From: Armatimonadota bacterium
GTDB taxonomy: Bacteria > Armatimonadota > HRBIN16
Direction: 5' to 3'
Length of the DNA stretch: 64,000 nt
NCBI GenBank assembly: GCA_942492855.1
Contig: OW818647.1
Span: forward strand, 1,017,864 to 1,081,863
Shown: one piece after another, positions 18,111 to 28,569 of the stretch
How positions within the stretch are numbered: the first letter of the stretch is position 1
Layout: each line of letters opens with the position of its first letter
The notes under the pieces: generated by a model
The model's database searches: none
Seen by the model: the letters and a program-made list of their open reading frames with translations, nothing else
What the model was told of the DNA's origin: nothing
Program-made: the position numbers and the translations under genes

Positions 18111-18188
18111 GGCGGCTATAGCTCAGTTGGTTAGAGCGCCTGACTGTGGCTCAGGAGGTCGTGGGTTCAAATCCCATTAGCCGCCCCA
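18111..18188 (+). tRNA. tRNA-His (GUG)
   Basis: Acceptor GCGGCTA/TAGCCGC, anticodon arm CCTGA-CTGTGGC-TCAGG, GGTTCAAATCC T-arm, G-1 and C73 identity pair, encoded CCA. Confidence 0.97.
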
Positions 18189-18212
18189 AGTATATGTAGT
18201 ACGCCTCGTTCT

Positions 18213-18245
18213 CAGATACCGCTACAGGTAGCGTCTGTGTGTTTT
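18213..18245 (+). terminator. Probable tRNA terminator
   Basis: CAGAT..CGCTAC-AG-GTAGCG-TCTG hairpin followed by TGTGTTTT. Confidence 0.55.
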
Positions 18246-18371
18246 AACTCAGCGTTTAAAAATGGCGAATCAGATGGTCGTGAGTTACTGATACCAGCCC
18301 TTTGTATGCGCTAAATCCACTCACGTTATAACCCCGTCTAATACCCTTCAATGAATCAGAGGGGCATGTCT

Positions 18372-18405
18372 ACCGATTCCGCGACATAAATGTCTCGGCT
18401 ATTGA
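18372..18405 (+). repeat. 34-bp terminal-inverted-repeat-like end, left copy
   Basis: ACCGATTCCGCGACATAAATGTCTCGGCTATTGA, the exact reverse complement of 22138-22171. Confidence 0.9.
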
Positions 18406-18906
18406 TCACCAAGACCGCTAAAGCGGCCTAAGGGACATCGCGCCGTATCAAACGTTCCGGGCGTTGGGTATTATATCGTTACACCAGAATGCATGCGCCA
18501 GCTTCACAAACAGGGCGAAGCCCTGCAGCCTGCTTCAGCAGGCTTGGCCGGTCAATAGCCATGTGCTTTAGCGCGTGGCATAGCGGAACAACGTCATTCA
18601 TCGTCCATCAGCCGTTCACAACATACCATCGACACTAAGAAGCACCAAATATCTATACTCTGCCTGTCCAAGGCCAACACTACCGCATCATAGTGCCATT
18701 ACCCTGTCAGATACTCCGTCCCAAGACCATCCTGTGAGCATCGTAGCATACACCTCTAGGACACCAATAAACACGATATATCGACCGCTCAGCTTGGTAG
18801 ACTTCATGTACCAATCGGTGATAATCCGGTTTGGTTGGATGACGCTAGCCTGTCTCGCATGACGTATTGTGCCCTACAGTGCTCTATGATACCAGGAGGT
18901 GATTCT

Positions 18907-21051
18907 ATGGAACCCAAACATTCTAGTCCGAAAGGCTTGAGAACATGGTGGATCGCATCATTATTGTTACTCACATGCAGCATCCAGTCGTTTGCGGCAG
19001 GAGGCACGATCCAAAGCTGGGGATTTCGGCATACCGTCCCTGGTGAACTGAACGGGTTCCAGGCGATCGCAGCCGGAATCGGTCATACAGTCGGGCTGAA
19101 GTATGACGGCTCGGTGGCAGCGTGGGGTGACAACAGTGCGAACCAGTGCGTGGTGCCCTTGCCCAACTCGGGTTTTGTGTCGGTCACGGCAGGACGGAAC
19201 CACTCGGTAGGGCGTAAACTTGATGGCTCAGTGGTGGCATGGGGACAGAATTACAATGGGCAGCTCAACATCCCCGCACCGAACCAGAATTTCACAGCGA
19301 TCTCGGCAGGATATTACCACACCCTCGGGTTGAAGAGTGATGGCTCAGTGGTGGCATGGGGTGATGACACATATGGTCAGAGCACCGTGCCGGCTCCTAA
19401 TACCGGCTTCATCGCCGTGGCAGCCGGATACAACCACAGTGTCGGACTAAAGAATGACGGCTCGCTGGTCATCTGGGGTGACAACACCTACGGTCAAGCC
19501 AACCTTCCATCGCCCAACCTGGGTTTTACTGCCATCGCCGCCGGCAATGCCCACACCGCAGGGCTGAAGACCGATGGATCAATAGAGGCCTGGGGAGATA
19601 ACACCTACGGCCAGTGTAGTGTGCCAGCTCCCAATCTGGGCTTTCTCAGCGTTGCTGCAGGACATGAACTCACCATCGGGCGCAAGAGCGGCAACACTCT
19701 TGTGGCATGGGGTAATGGCGCCAATGGTCAGCTAGCCATTCCAGCCCCCAACTCCAACTTTAAGGCCGTGGTGGCCGGCCAGTTCTCGGTATCTGGCCTG
19801 AAATTCGACGGCTCTGTCGTCGGGTGGGGTGCCAACTACTACGGTCAGACGGGGTTGCGTAACCCAAATATCGGATTCACGGCCATCAGTGCCAGCCCAT
19901 ATCACACTCTGGGCCTCAAATCGGATGGCTCCATCACGGCCTGGGGCAACGACGGCAACGGCCAAAGCAGCGTGCCGGCACCCAACACCGGGTTCACCGG
20001 TGTGGCAGCAGGCCAGTTCCACTCCCTTGGCCTAAAAGCGGATGGCACCATAGTGGGCTGGGGTGACAACTTCAGCGGCGAGTGTGATGTGCCAGCTCCC
20101 AACCAGGACTTCATCGCTGTGGCAGCAGGTGCACGATATTCGGCCGGGCTGAAGCAGGACGGCTCCGTAGTGGTTTGGGGTGACACCATCAATAACCTTG
20201 GCAGCGTCCCTGCTCCGAACTCCGGATTTACCGCCATTGATGCAGGATATGGGCACATGCTGGGGCTCAAGTCAGATGGCTCCATCGTCGCCTGGGGTGA
20301 CAATGCCTCAGGCCAGTGCAATGTGCCGGCTCCTAACAGCGGCTTTACGGCCGTGGCCGGAGGCGTCTGGCACTCCTTTGGCTTGCAATCCGATGGTTCT
20401 CTAGTCGCCTGGGGCGACAACAGCTACGGCCAGTCCAGCATACCAGCTCCCAACAGCGGTTTTACTGCCGTGGCCGCTGGTGATATGCATTCCGCCGGCC
20501 TGAAGACAGACGGTTCGATTGTGTCCTGGGGCGTGAATAACTACGGCCAGGTGAACGTGCCGGCCCCGAACCTGGGGTTCCAGGCCATCTCTCTGGGGGC
20601 CGCTCACACCGTGGCAATACGCGGCGTGCAGCAGGTCACCGGGCAGATCGTGCTGAACGGCTTCCTGGGCAATCTAGCATCACACCCGATCAACATATCG
20701 ATCCTCGGCGGGAACCCGATGGGGCCTTTGACACAGACGAATAGCGTGTTCCCACTGAGCGACGGTACATTCACCTTCGACTCTTTCCTGCCACCACCGT
20801 TTGACGTGCGGGTAAGGAGTCAGCACTTCCTGGGGTTGTTGCTTCCGGCTGTTCAAAGCCTTACTGGTCTCAACATATCGCTGGTGAACGGCGATGCCGA
20901 TGGTGATGGTCAGATCAATCTATTCGACTTCGTGGTGCTGGATTCCCGGTTCGGCATGATGAGCCGCATGGCTGATCTTGATGGCGATGGTCAGGTCAAC
21001 CTGTTTGACTACGTGATCATCGACAAAAACTTCGGAGCACTAGGTGACTAG
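18907..21051 (+). CDS. Secreted RCC1/BLIP-II-like beta-propeller protein with C-terminal dockerin-like duplicated EF-hand domain
   Basis: Signal peptide; 13 full plus one split 39-aa repeats (FTAIAAG..HS.GLK.DGS.VAWG.N..GQ..VPAPN); C-terminal GDADGDGQINLFD...ADLDGDGQVNLFD; GGAGG RBS before ATG 18907. Confidence 0.9.
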   Translation: MEPKHSSPKGLRTWWIASLLLLTCSIQSFAAGGTIQSWGFRHTVPGELNGFQAIAAGIGHTVGLKYDGSVAAWGDNSANQCVVPLPNSGFVSVTAGRNHSVGRKLDGSVVAWGQNYNGQLNIPAPNQNFTAISAGYYHTLGLKSDGSVVAWGDDTYGQSTVPAPNTGFIAVAAGYNHSVGLKNDGSLVIWGDNTYGQANLPSPNLGFTAIAAGNAHTAGLKTDGSIEAWGDNTYGQCSVPAPNLGFLSVAAGHELTIGRKSGNTLVAWGNGANGQLAIPAPNSNFKAVVAGQFSVSGLKFDGSVVGWGANYYGQTGLRNPNIGFTAISASPYHTLGLKSDGSITAWGNDGNGQSSVPAPNTGFTGVAAGQFHSLGLKADGTIVGWGDNFSGECDVPAPNQDFIAVAAGARYSAGLKQDGSVVVWGDTINNLGSVPAPNSGFTAIDAGYGHMLGLKSDGSIVAWGDNASGQCNVPAPNSGFTAVAGGVWHSFGLQSDGSLVAWGDNSYGQSSIPAPNSGFTAVAAGDMHSAGLKTDGSIVSWGVNNYGQVNVPAPNLGFQAISLGAAHTVAIRGVQQVTGQIVLNGFLGNLASHPINISILGGNPMGPLTQTNSVFPLSDGTFTFDSFLPPPFDVRVRSQHFLGLLLPAVQSLTGLNISLVNGDADGDGQINLFDFVVLDSRFGMMSRMADLDGDGQVNLFDYVIIDKNFGALGD

Positions 21052-21248
21052 GGCCTCGTGGTCGGTCAGGCCTTTACCTTGCGGTCTGGCTTGATAACGC
21101 ACTAGAAACAACGGCAATCCGCAGGCCGCTGGGCATCGGAAAAATCGGTGATGCCCAGCGGTTGTGCATCTGCAACAAATCACACTTCATCTGAGGTATC
21201 ATACGTATAGCAAACGTAAACGACATCACCAGAACAGAGGTTGCCACC

Positions 21249-21872
21249 ATGAAGATTGCCATACAAGATAACAAAGGCCAAACCATCATTTCAGGGGATT
21301 ATGTTGATATGGCAACTGCCATAGTGGCTAACAAAGGTATCCTGTTGGACGCTAACCTCGAAGGGGTTGACCTGAGCGGCGCCAATCTATGTGACGCCAA
21401 CCTGGTGGGCACAAACTTGACCGGAGCCAGTCTGCAAAACGCCGACCTCAGCAGGGCCTATCTCATCAATGCCAACCTCCAGAAAGCCAACCTAAGTTTT
21501 ACATCCCTCGTTGGAGCCAACCTGCTTGGTTCTGATTTATGTATGGTTAACCTTGAAGGAGCTGATCTGGAGCAGGCCAACCTGGGTGGTGCAAATCTCG
21601 CTAGGGCTAATCTGACACGTGCTGACCTGCGAGGTGCCAACCTCAGCGGTGCAGATTTAGGTGGTGTGCTAGGGCAAAGTGCCGATTTCCGCAATACCAA
21701 TCTAAACGGCGCCAACCTCACCAAATCGTCTCTGGACAGAGCGGATCTCCGCGGGGCCTGCCTGAACAATGCTGACCTGAGTAATGCGGTTCTGTCCGAT
21801 GCCTACCTACAGGGAGCCGATCTGACCGATGCAGAGCTAACCGGTACCGATCTGGAAGGTGCCCGGCGTTAG
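21249..21872 (+). CDS. Pentapeptide-repeat protein
   Basis: Continuous A(N/D)L.. five-residue repeats over about 170 aa. Confidence 0.95.
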   Translation: MKIAIQDNKGQTIISGDYVDMATAIVANKGILLDANLEGVDLSGANLCDANLVGTNLTGASLQNADLSRAYLINANLQKANLSFTSLVGANLLGSDLCMVNLEGADLEQANLGGANLARANLTRADLRGANLSGADLGGVLGQSADFRNTNLNGANLTKSSLDRADLRGACLNNADLSNAVLSDAYLQGADLTDAELTGTDLEGARR

Positions 21873-21957
21873 CGCGCGAGTATCAGAGGGTCAAGCACCG
21901 AATCGGCGACAATCTGGTAACGGGCCAATTGTTCGCCATATCTATGGTGCCATAGGG

Positions 21958-22173
21958 TCACCGATTCCGCGACAAAAATGTCAGTCTATTACCCACAAAT
22001 CCAGATTGGGACTGTATCGACCATGTGCCGCGACATAAATGTCTCGGCTATTGATCAACAAGCCCGCTAAACCGGGCTGCGGAGCCCCTTGTCGACAAAG
22101 ATAACGTTAGTGAAGACTGCTTCAGCAGTCTTGGTGTTCAATAGCCGAGACATTTATGTCGCGGAATCGGTGA
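21958..22173. mobile_element. MITE-like element with about 36-bp terminal inverted repeats
   Basis: Degenerate left end at 21958, perfect 27-nt left end at 22028-22054, right end at 22138-22173; non-coding interior containing a hairpin. Confidence 0.65.
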
Positions 22174-22371
22174 TATATTGGCCCTGCATTTATCTGTGGG
22201 TATCTACTCCCGTCCATCATGACGCGAGGACGACGACCCTCAACCCCGCATAGTAACACCTCACCGATTTCCTAAACCAAGATAAAACTCCATACTCAGA
22301 CCCCTCTAATCCATGACATGCACCCCTGATCTGGGATACACTGTGGGCAATAACAACCGAAAGGGGCCGAT

Positions 22372-25300
22372 ATGAAGTTTCTATTTGCATCTCTTCTTCT
22401 TTTCGTGCTGTCCGTCTACGCGATGGCAGCGCCGCCCAATGTAAGCAAAGGCGTCAACATGCGCATGGCGGGATGGCACATGAGCATCATCGCCGTGGAT
22501 GAGCAGACGCCCAACCTCTGCCTGGCCACCTACATGAACGACAAATTCGCCTACATGGACCTCTATTCAGTGGCGATGGTGGCGCCTGCGCTGCGTATCG
22601 ATGGCAAGCTGATCGGGTTCGATAAGGCCACCGATGTGGCGGTGGAGGACTTCCCAGGCGGGGTGCGCGCCACCATGAAACTGGCTGGTGTGCGTGTGAG
22701 CCTGGAAGCCACCCCGCTGATGGTGGGCCGCTATTCGGCACAGCAGGATGGGGCTATGATGGTGAACATCAACACCTCGCCGGCAACACCGGTTGTGCTG
22801 CGCGTGGGCGGTAGTGCCCCCACCAACAACGGTGCCGCGAACTCTCAATCTGCATGGTTGCGGGCTGCCAAGTTCTGGGAAAACACCACATCAGCCAAAG
22901 TGGTCGGCGACATCGGCCGGCTGGATAGCTCCGCGGTGCCCTTCAAGATGGCAGTCACCGCCTCTGGCCCTCTCACCGCAAGCAATGAGGCTGAGCAGAA
23001 CTATCTGCAGGCGGAGATGAGCAAAGGCTCCGGCGAAATGATGGTGTCGTTCAGCACCACCGAACCTACCCTCATGAAGATCGCAGAGGGCAGCCGGGCG
23101 ACATACAAGTCTGAGCTGAAGGCGTTCTACAAACAACTGATGAGCAACAGGGTGAACACACCCGAACCGCTCATCAACAAGACTTTCGCAAGTGCTCTAT
23201 ATAACCTCGAATACAACTATATATATCCCTATGGCTGGAACGAGTGCATCCACCACTGGGAGGCCCTCTGGCATATGCAGCACACCGGTGCTGCCGACTG
23301 GATCGGCCAGAGCATCCGCACCCGTGACGTGAACGTGGTGAGTGCCAAGAACCTGTTCGGTGATGGCAATGTGCCGCAGTTTATGCCCTCCGGCAAAACC
23401 CGCAGTGACTTTGGCGGCTCCAACCAGTTCTTCGGCCAGCAGGTCAACCACTACTGGAAGCAGACCGCCGACCGTACGCAACTGCAGTTCTTTGCCGACA
23501 CCATGGAGAAGGTCACCACTGCTACTTTCAATCGGTATGACACCGACGGTACTGGCCTTCTGCGATGGGGCCAGCAGATCGGCAACCAGGAGGACTATGT
23601 CAGCACCCCGGGTGACGGCACCTCCACCACGGTGGAGGGCATCAACCTGCTGCGCACCACCGCGGAGCTGCAGGCCGCGCTGGGTAACACCAAGCGCGCG
23701 GAGGAGCTCACCAACCGCGCTGACCAGATCGCCATGAAGCTGAGGAAAACCCTCTGGCAGCCGGAGTTCGGCCGCTACGCCTTCTACACCGATGCCTCAG
23801 GTGTGGTTCGCCCCGATGGGCAGTATCACACACTGATCTATCCGGTGATCTACGGCCTGCTCGATCCGCTGGACAGCTACACCTCGATCCGACAGATGAA
23901 CGATCGGATGACTGATTCCCGCGGGGCCATCACCTGCAGCAACAACATGCCCAACCATATGACGGGCACCTGGGGTATGCAGATTGGGGCCGCGCAGCAG
24001 CCATGGGCCGCCATGGGACTGGCCGCAGTGGGCGACCGCAACCGCACCTGGCAGCCGCTGCGTGCAACCGGTGACTGGGTTTGGGACGTGAACCATCGCG
24101 GCAGTTGGCCCGAGATATCCATTGAAGGCTGGCCGTCCTACTTCTCGCCGCCCGCCGGATTGTATGTGCAATCGACCATCGAGGCGCTGTTCGGTCTGAA
24201 GATGAACATGCCGGCGATGAGTATCCACGTATCACCCAGCTTCCCCGATAAGTGGAACTATTCCGATATCAACCTGACTGACGCCAGTGCGTCATACAAA
24301 CGCGACGGCAATAAGATGAGTTACACCGTCACCACCCCCAAATCGCTGAAGCGTGTGATCCGCTGGAGCCTGCCGCCAGTGAACGCAGTCAAGCTGCTAG
24401 TGAACGGTAAGCCCTGCGCGTTCAAGCTGGAGGCTGTTCCCGAGGGCGTGATGCTGACCGCCACCACCGCCGCCATGACCAGCAGCCGCATTGAGCTAGC
24501 GATTGAACCCGCCAACATCGTGCTGAAAGCACCGAAGAGCATCGCCGAGGGCGAGGTTCTGAACGTCAGCATGAGCGGCGCAAAGATGGTGTCGGTAGAG
24601 GACAGGCAGAAGCTGCTTTCACGCTTTGAGCTGAACCCAGCGAGTCTGCAAGCTCGTTTAGATACCGATTTGATGAAGCGTGCCCAGAGCTACGGCCGTC
24701 TGGGCGTGATGAACTTCAGTCAGCGCACGCTGTTTGTGAAGGCCATCACTACCGGCGGTATTGCCTTCTGGCAGCCGATCAACATCACCGTGCTGCCCCG
24801 TGTAGAGGCGGCTCCTGTGAAGGCCATCCAACTAACCGAAGCGGGCGGAGAGCTTCGGTTGCTGGTGCGCAACAACACCCAGAGCAGCATCAGCGGGCAG
24901 TGGCAACTGAGTATTGCTCAGTGCGTCTACCCCTTCAATCTGAAACTGGCGGCCCGTTCTGAATCTGAGGTGGTGGTCAAAATCCCGAAGGGCCGTCTAG
25001 CGCTGTTCAGCGCAGGCGACAACACGGGAGAACTGTTCACGCCGGACCATCAGCGGATTTCTGTGGTGTGCAGTGCAGATGAGCTTTACAAGCAGCCCGC
25101 ACTGGCCTCGTATATGGCCCCGAAGATCAAACAACTGCCGCTGCCTCAGGCCAAGATGGCCGACGATGCCAAGTGGCGCGAATGGCGCCAATACACCGCG
25201 TTTGGACACTGGCCATGGGCGAACAGCCGTCCACCCATGGAGGCACTGGGCGAAAAGACCAGCGTGACCGTGCCAGGCCTCGAAGGCGTGAGCTTTACCA

Positions 25301-26337
25301 CGACCGCTCGAAAGCTGATCCCGCTGTCGCAGAGGTCGGGTCAGCCCTCACTCCAACTGCCGGTCGCCCAGGAAGGAGTTCGGAAGATATACCTGCTGGT
25401 TCTTCCGCTGCTTGATAACCATGACACCTACGTGTCAGCCGCACGCGTGGATGTGCAGTTGAACAACGATGAGATCATCTCGCGCACCTTCACATCGCCT
25501 GGCGACCTGGACTGGTGGGTACCGCAAGAGGTGGTGGGTGAGTTCTGCACCAGCCGTGTCCCGCGAGAGAACCGGTTCGGTCTGCTGCCGATGCTCAAAT
25601 CCACACAGGGTGACTGGGCGATCGCCCACCCCATCGCAAATGGTGATGTGGACAGCTTCAAGGGCATCCCGCAGCCGGAGTTCTGGGCCAGCAGCCGCAA
25701 CTTCAACACAGCTTCAGCCACGTTCAATGTGCTGGAGATTGACCTCGGCGCCCCTCGGCGTGTGGAGTCTCTCAGTCTGTGTGCGCTGGGTTTGGAACCC
25801 GCCATCGGACTGGTGGCGGTGAGCTACGAGCAGGGCGATGGCGGCGATCTGCAGGGCACGGAGTATCAGTTGGCGGGCGAGTACCGCATGCCGACCACGC
25901 TGTTCCAGGCCGATGCGCCAAACGCAACAGATGGTTGGCAGTTGGAGGGTGACGCCTTCAGTGTCTGTGCCATCCCCAGCCTGTTCACGGAGCGGACCTT
26001 CAACAGCATGGGCAAGTCGGGTGAGAAGGCCACAGGCACCGCCACCTCACCGGCATACACCGTGCCGATGGATGCCAAGATGCTGGAATTCTACCTGCAG
26101 GGCGGCACCAGCACAGGGCTGAGCGGAGAGGGTTCACTGCGGATTGAGGTTCGAGACGCTTCTACTAACGAGCTCTGCCACGCCATCAGCATCGAGGGCA
26201 GCCATCAGTTGCGCCGGCAGTTTGTGGATGCCGCGAAACTGCGCGGCAAGCAGATCAAGCTGGTGATGGTGGATAACAACCGCAACGTCAGCTACGCCTG
26301 GCTGGGTCTGATGTCCCTGAAGGTCGCCTATCGGTAG
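22372..26337 (+). CDS. Large secreted six-hairpin (alpha/alpha)6 glycosidase-like protein with C-terminal CBM-like domain
   Basis: Signal peptide; central helical repeats (INLLRTTAELQAALG...LRKTLWQPEFGRY); C-terminal GTATSPAYTV...LEFYLQGG...LRGKQIKLVMVD resembles beta-sandwich modules appended to glycosidases. Confidence 0.65.
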   Translation: MKFLFASLLLFVLSVYAMAAPPNVSKGVNMRMAGWHMSIIAVDEQTPNLCLATYMNDKFAYMDLYSVAMVAPALRIDGKLIGFDKATDVAVEDFPGGVRATMKLAGVRVSLEATPLMVGRYSAQQDGAMMVNINTSPATPVVLRVGGSAPTNNGAANSQSAWLRAAKFWENTTSAKVVGDIGRLDSSAVPFKMAVTASGPLTASNEAEQNYLQAEMSKGSGEMMVSFSTTEPTLMKIAEGSRATYKSELKAFYKQLMSNRVNTPEPLINKTFASALYNLEYNYIYPYGWNECIHHWEALWHMQHTGAADWIGQSIRTRDVNVVSAKNLFGDGNVPQFMPSGKTRSDFGGSNQFFGQQVNHYWKQTADRTQLQFFADTMEKVTTATFNRYDTDGTGLLRWGQQIGNQEDYVSTPGDGTSTTVEGINLLRTTAELQAALGNTKRAEELTNRADQIAMKLRKTLWQPEFGRYAFYTDASGVVRPDGQYHTLIYPVIYGLLDPLDSYTSIRQMNDRMTDSRGAITCSNNMPNHMTGTWGMQIGAAQQPWAAMGLAAVGDRNRTWQPLRATGDWVWDVNHRGSWPEISIEGWPSYFSPPAGLYVQSTIEALFGLKMNMPAMSIHVSPSFPDKWNYSDINLTDASASYKRDGNKMSYTVTTPKSLKRVIRWSLPPVNAVKLLVNGKPCAFKLEAVPEGVMLTATTAAMTSSRIELAIEPANIVLKAPKSIAEGEVLNVSMSGAKMVSVEDRQKLLSRFELNPASLQARLDTDLMKRAQSYGRLGVMNFSQRTLFVKAITTGGIAFWQPINITVLPRVEAAPVKAIQLTEAGGELRLLVRNNTQSSISGQWQLSIAQCVYPFNLKLAARSESEVVVKIPKGRLALFSAGDNTGELFTPDHQRISVVCSADELYKQPALASYMAPKIKQLPLPQAKMADDAKWREWRQYTAFGHWPWANSRPPMEALGEKTSVTVPGLEGVSFTTTARKLIPLSQRSGQPSLQLPVAQEGVRKIYLLVLPLLDNHDTYVSAARVDVQLNNDEIISRTFTSPGDLDWWVPQEVVGEFCTSRVPRENRFGLLPMLKSTQGDWAIAHPIANGDVDSFKGIPQPEFWASSRNFNTASATFNVLEIDLGAPRRVESLSLCALGLEPAIGLVAVSYEQGDGGDLQGTEYQLAGEYRMPTTLFQADAPNATDGWQLEGDAFSVCAIPSLFTERTFNSMGKSGEKATGTATSPAYTVPMDAKMLEFYLQGGTSTGLSGEGSLRIEVRDASTNELCHAISIEGSHQLRRQFVDAAKLRGKQIKLVMVDNNRNVSYAWLGLMSLKVAYR

Positions 26338-26366
26338 GATTCCCGGCCAATAGCAATATGGCGCGT

Positions 26367-26516
26367 AAGGGCGGTTCGCGAACCGCCCTTCTTGCGTTGC
26401 TGACCAGCCAACGTCTCCGACGGAAACATTCGTCATGCCATTCCCGATCTAGGCAGGCCGCGATGAATGACACCGGATGGCGCACCTGGGAAGGGCGGTT
26501 CGCGAACCGCCCCTAC
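26367..26516. repeat. GTAG-family REP palindromes (two copies)
   Basis: AAGGGCGGTTCGCGAACCGCCC(TT/CTAC) at 26367 and 26491; same motif at 28735 and 52411, variants at 52213, about 31508 and about 43074. Confidence 0.85.
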
Positions 26517-26630
26517 ACATTTCCCCTTATCCGCCATCGCCCTCACACCAACGAATACCCCCTCTCCCATTGTGAAAACCAGCCGAACAGGTTATGGTAG
26601 ATATGTCGCACACTTTATTGGAGTTCGAAG

Positions 26631-28559
26631 ATGCAAAAAGCGGTCACTTGGCGCTCTCTTCTTGTTGGCAGCCTGTTAACGCCCCTGAACGCCTGGTGGG
26701 TGATTCAAATGGAGCTTGTGCGGTATTCCGCGCACCCCACCACCATCTCCATCCTGTTCAACGTGATCTTCATCGTGCTGGTGCTGAGCGTGATCAACAC
26801 GCTGGTGGCGCGTAAACGGCCGGGTTGGGCCATGAACCAGGGCGAGCTGCTGGTGATCTACATGATGATGGCGCTCAGTTCGGTGATGGCCTCCCACGAT
26901 CTGATGCAGATTTTGATTCAAGTGCTGACCTACCCCTTCTACATGCCCTCCTCGCACCCCGACTGGGCCCGCTGGCTGCCGTTCCTGCCCAAACAGGTCA
27001 TGATGTCCGACCCGGTCGCGGTGGCCAACTTCTACCAGGGCAACACCGCGTTCCCCACCGTAGCCCTTTGGAAGCTGTGGGCACCGGTGATCCTGTTTTG
27101 GACCCTGTTTTTGGGGCTGATTCTGTGGGTGATGCAGTGCCTGAACGCGCTGCTGCGCCGACAGTGGATGGACAACGAGAAGCTGAGCTTCCCGGTGGTC
27201 ATGCTGCCTATGGCACTCACCGACGGTGCGGGCAGCGGACAGTTCCCCGGCATGTTCCGAAAGCCGGCGTTCTGGCTGGCGTTCGGCGCGGCGGCGATCA
27301 TGGACATCATGAACAGCCTGAACCTCTACTACCCCAGCATCCCCGGTCTGCTGACGCCCGGCTTTGGGCTCAGCTACATGGATATACTGCCCTACTTCCC
27401 CAACAAGCCCTGGAACGCCATCGGCTGGACGCCCATCAGTTGGTACCCCTTCATGATCGGGTTCGGCATGCTGCTTCCTTTGGACTTCCTGTTCTCCTGC
27501 TGGTTTTTCTATATCTATTGGAAGCTGATGCAGGTGGGCGTGGTAGCCTACGGCTACGACAAAGACCCGCGGTTCCCCTACGCCAACTACCAGGCCATGG
27601 GGGCCTACCTCTCATTCTTCCTATACAGCATCTGGCTGAGCCGGCACTACCTGAAACAGGTGGGGAAGGCCATCATCGGCCGCAAGAATGATCTTGATGA
27701 AAGCATAGAGCCACTGAAATACCGATGGGCGCTGGTCGGTGCGCTGCTGGGGGCCGCGGGGTTGATGCTGCTATGCCTCTACATGGGCATGAGCTGGTGG
27801 ATTCCTCCCGTGTTCTTTGGCCTCTACTTCCTGCTCGCGGTAGCCATCACCCGAATGCGGGCAGAGATGGGCACGCCGATCCATGACATCCACTTTACAG
27901 GGCCGGACTATATCATGACCGACTTGGCGGGCAGCTCAGGATACAAGGGCAGTGACCTGGCCGCGATGAGTATTATGTACAGCTTCAACAGGGCCTACCG
28001 CGCGCACCCCATGCCGCACCAGATGGAAGCGATGAAGATGGCGCAGCGCACCAACAGCAAGCAGAGTGCCTGGTTCTGGGCCATGATCTACGCCGGGGTT
28101 CTGGCGGTGTTTTGTGCCTTCATCGCCATCCTGCAACTGGGGTATCACTACGGCATGAACGCCAAGGTGTTTGCTAAGTTTTTCGGCCTCGAGGCCTGGA
28201 ACCGCATGAACGGCTGGGTTCAGGCACCCACCGCCGACAACCCGAAGGCCGCCATCGCGCTGGGAGTGGGTCTACTGATCGCGGTGGTACTGCAAAGCAT
28301 GCGCATGAGCTTCCCTTGGTGGCCCTTCCACCCGCTGGGGTTTGCCATCAGCGGGAACTGGGAGATCAACCTGGTGTGGATGCCGCTGTTCATCGCCTGG
28401 ATGATCAAGAGCGTGGTGTTCCGGTATGGCGGTCTGCAGGGTTTTCAACGTCTGCTTCCGCTCTGCTTTGGTCTGATGCTGGGGCAGTTCACCGTGGGCA
28501 GCATAGTGAACATCATTGGGATCATCCACGAGATTCCCACCTACATGTTCTGGCAGTAG
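26631..28559 (+). CDS. Polytopic membrane protein, putative transporter (DUF6785/DUF6784-like)
   Basis: 642 aa with many hydrophobic helices; EKLSFPVVMLP, TRMRAEMG and WWPFHPLGF motifs recalled from this uncharacterised family; needs HMM confirmation. Confidence 0.7.
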   Translation: MQKAVTWRSLLVGSLLTPLNAWWVIQMELVRYSAHPTTISILFNVIFIVLVLSVINTLVARKRPGWAMNQGELLVIYMMMALSSVMASHDLMQILIQVLTYPFYMPSSHPDWARWLPFLPKQVMMSDPVAVANFYQGNTAFPTVALWKLWAPVILFWTLFLGLILWVMQCLNALLRRQWMDNEKLSFPVVMLPMALTDGAGSGQFPGMFRKPAFWLAFGAAAIMDIMNSLNLYYPSIPGLLTPGFGLSYMDILPYFPNKPWNAIGWTPISWYPFMIGFGMLLPLDFLFSCWFFYIYWKLMQVGVVAYGYDKDPRFPYANYQAMGAYLSFFLYSIWLSRHYLKQVGKAIIGRKNDLDESIEPLKYRWALVGALLGAAGLMLLCLYMGMSWWIPPVFFGLYFLLAVAITRMRAEMGTPIHDIHFTGPDYIMTDLAGSSGYKGSDLAAMSIMYSFNRAYRAHPMPHQMEAMKMAQRTNSKQSAWFWAMIYAGVLAVFCAFIAILQLGYHYGMNAKVFAKFFGLEAWNRMNGWVQAPTADNPKAAIALGVGLLIAVVLQSMRMSFPWWPFHPLGFAISGNWEINLVWMPLFIAWMIKSVVFRYGGLQGFQRLLPLCFGLMLGQFTVGSIVNIIGIIHEIPTYMFWQ

Positions 28560-28569
28560 TGGCGTATCC

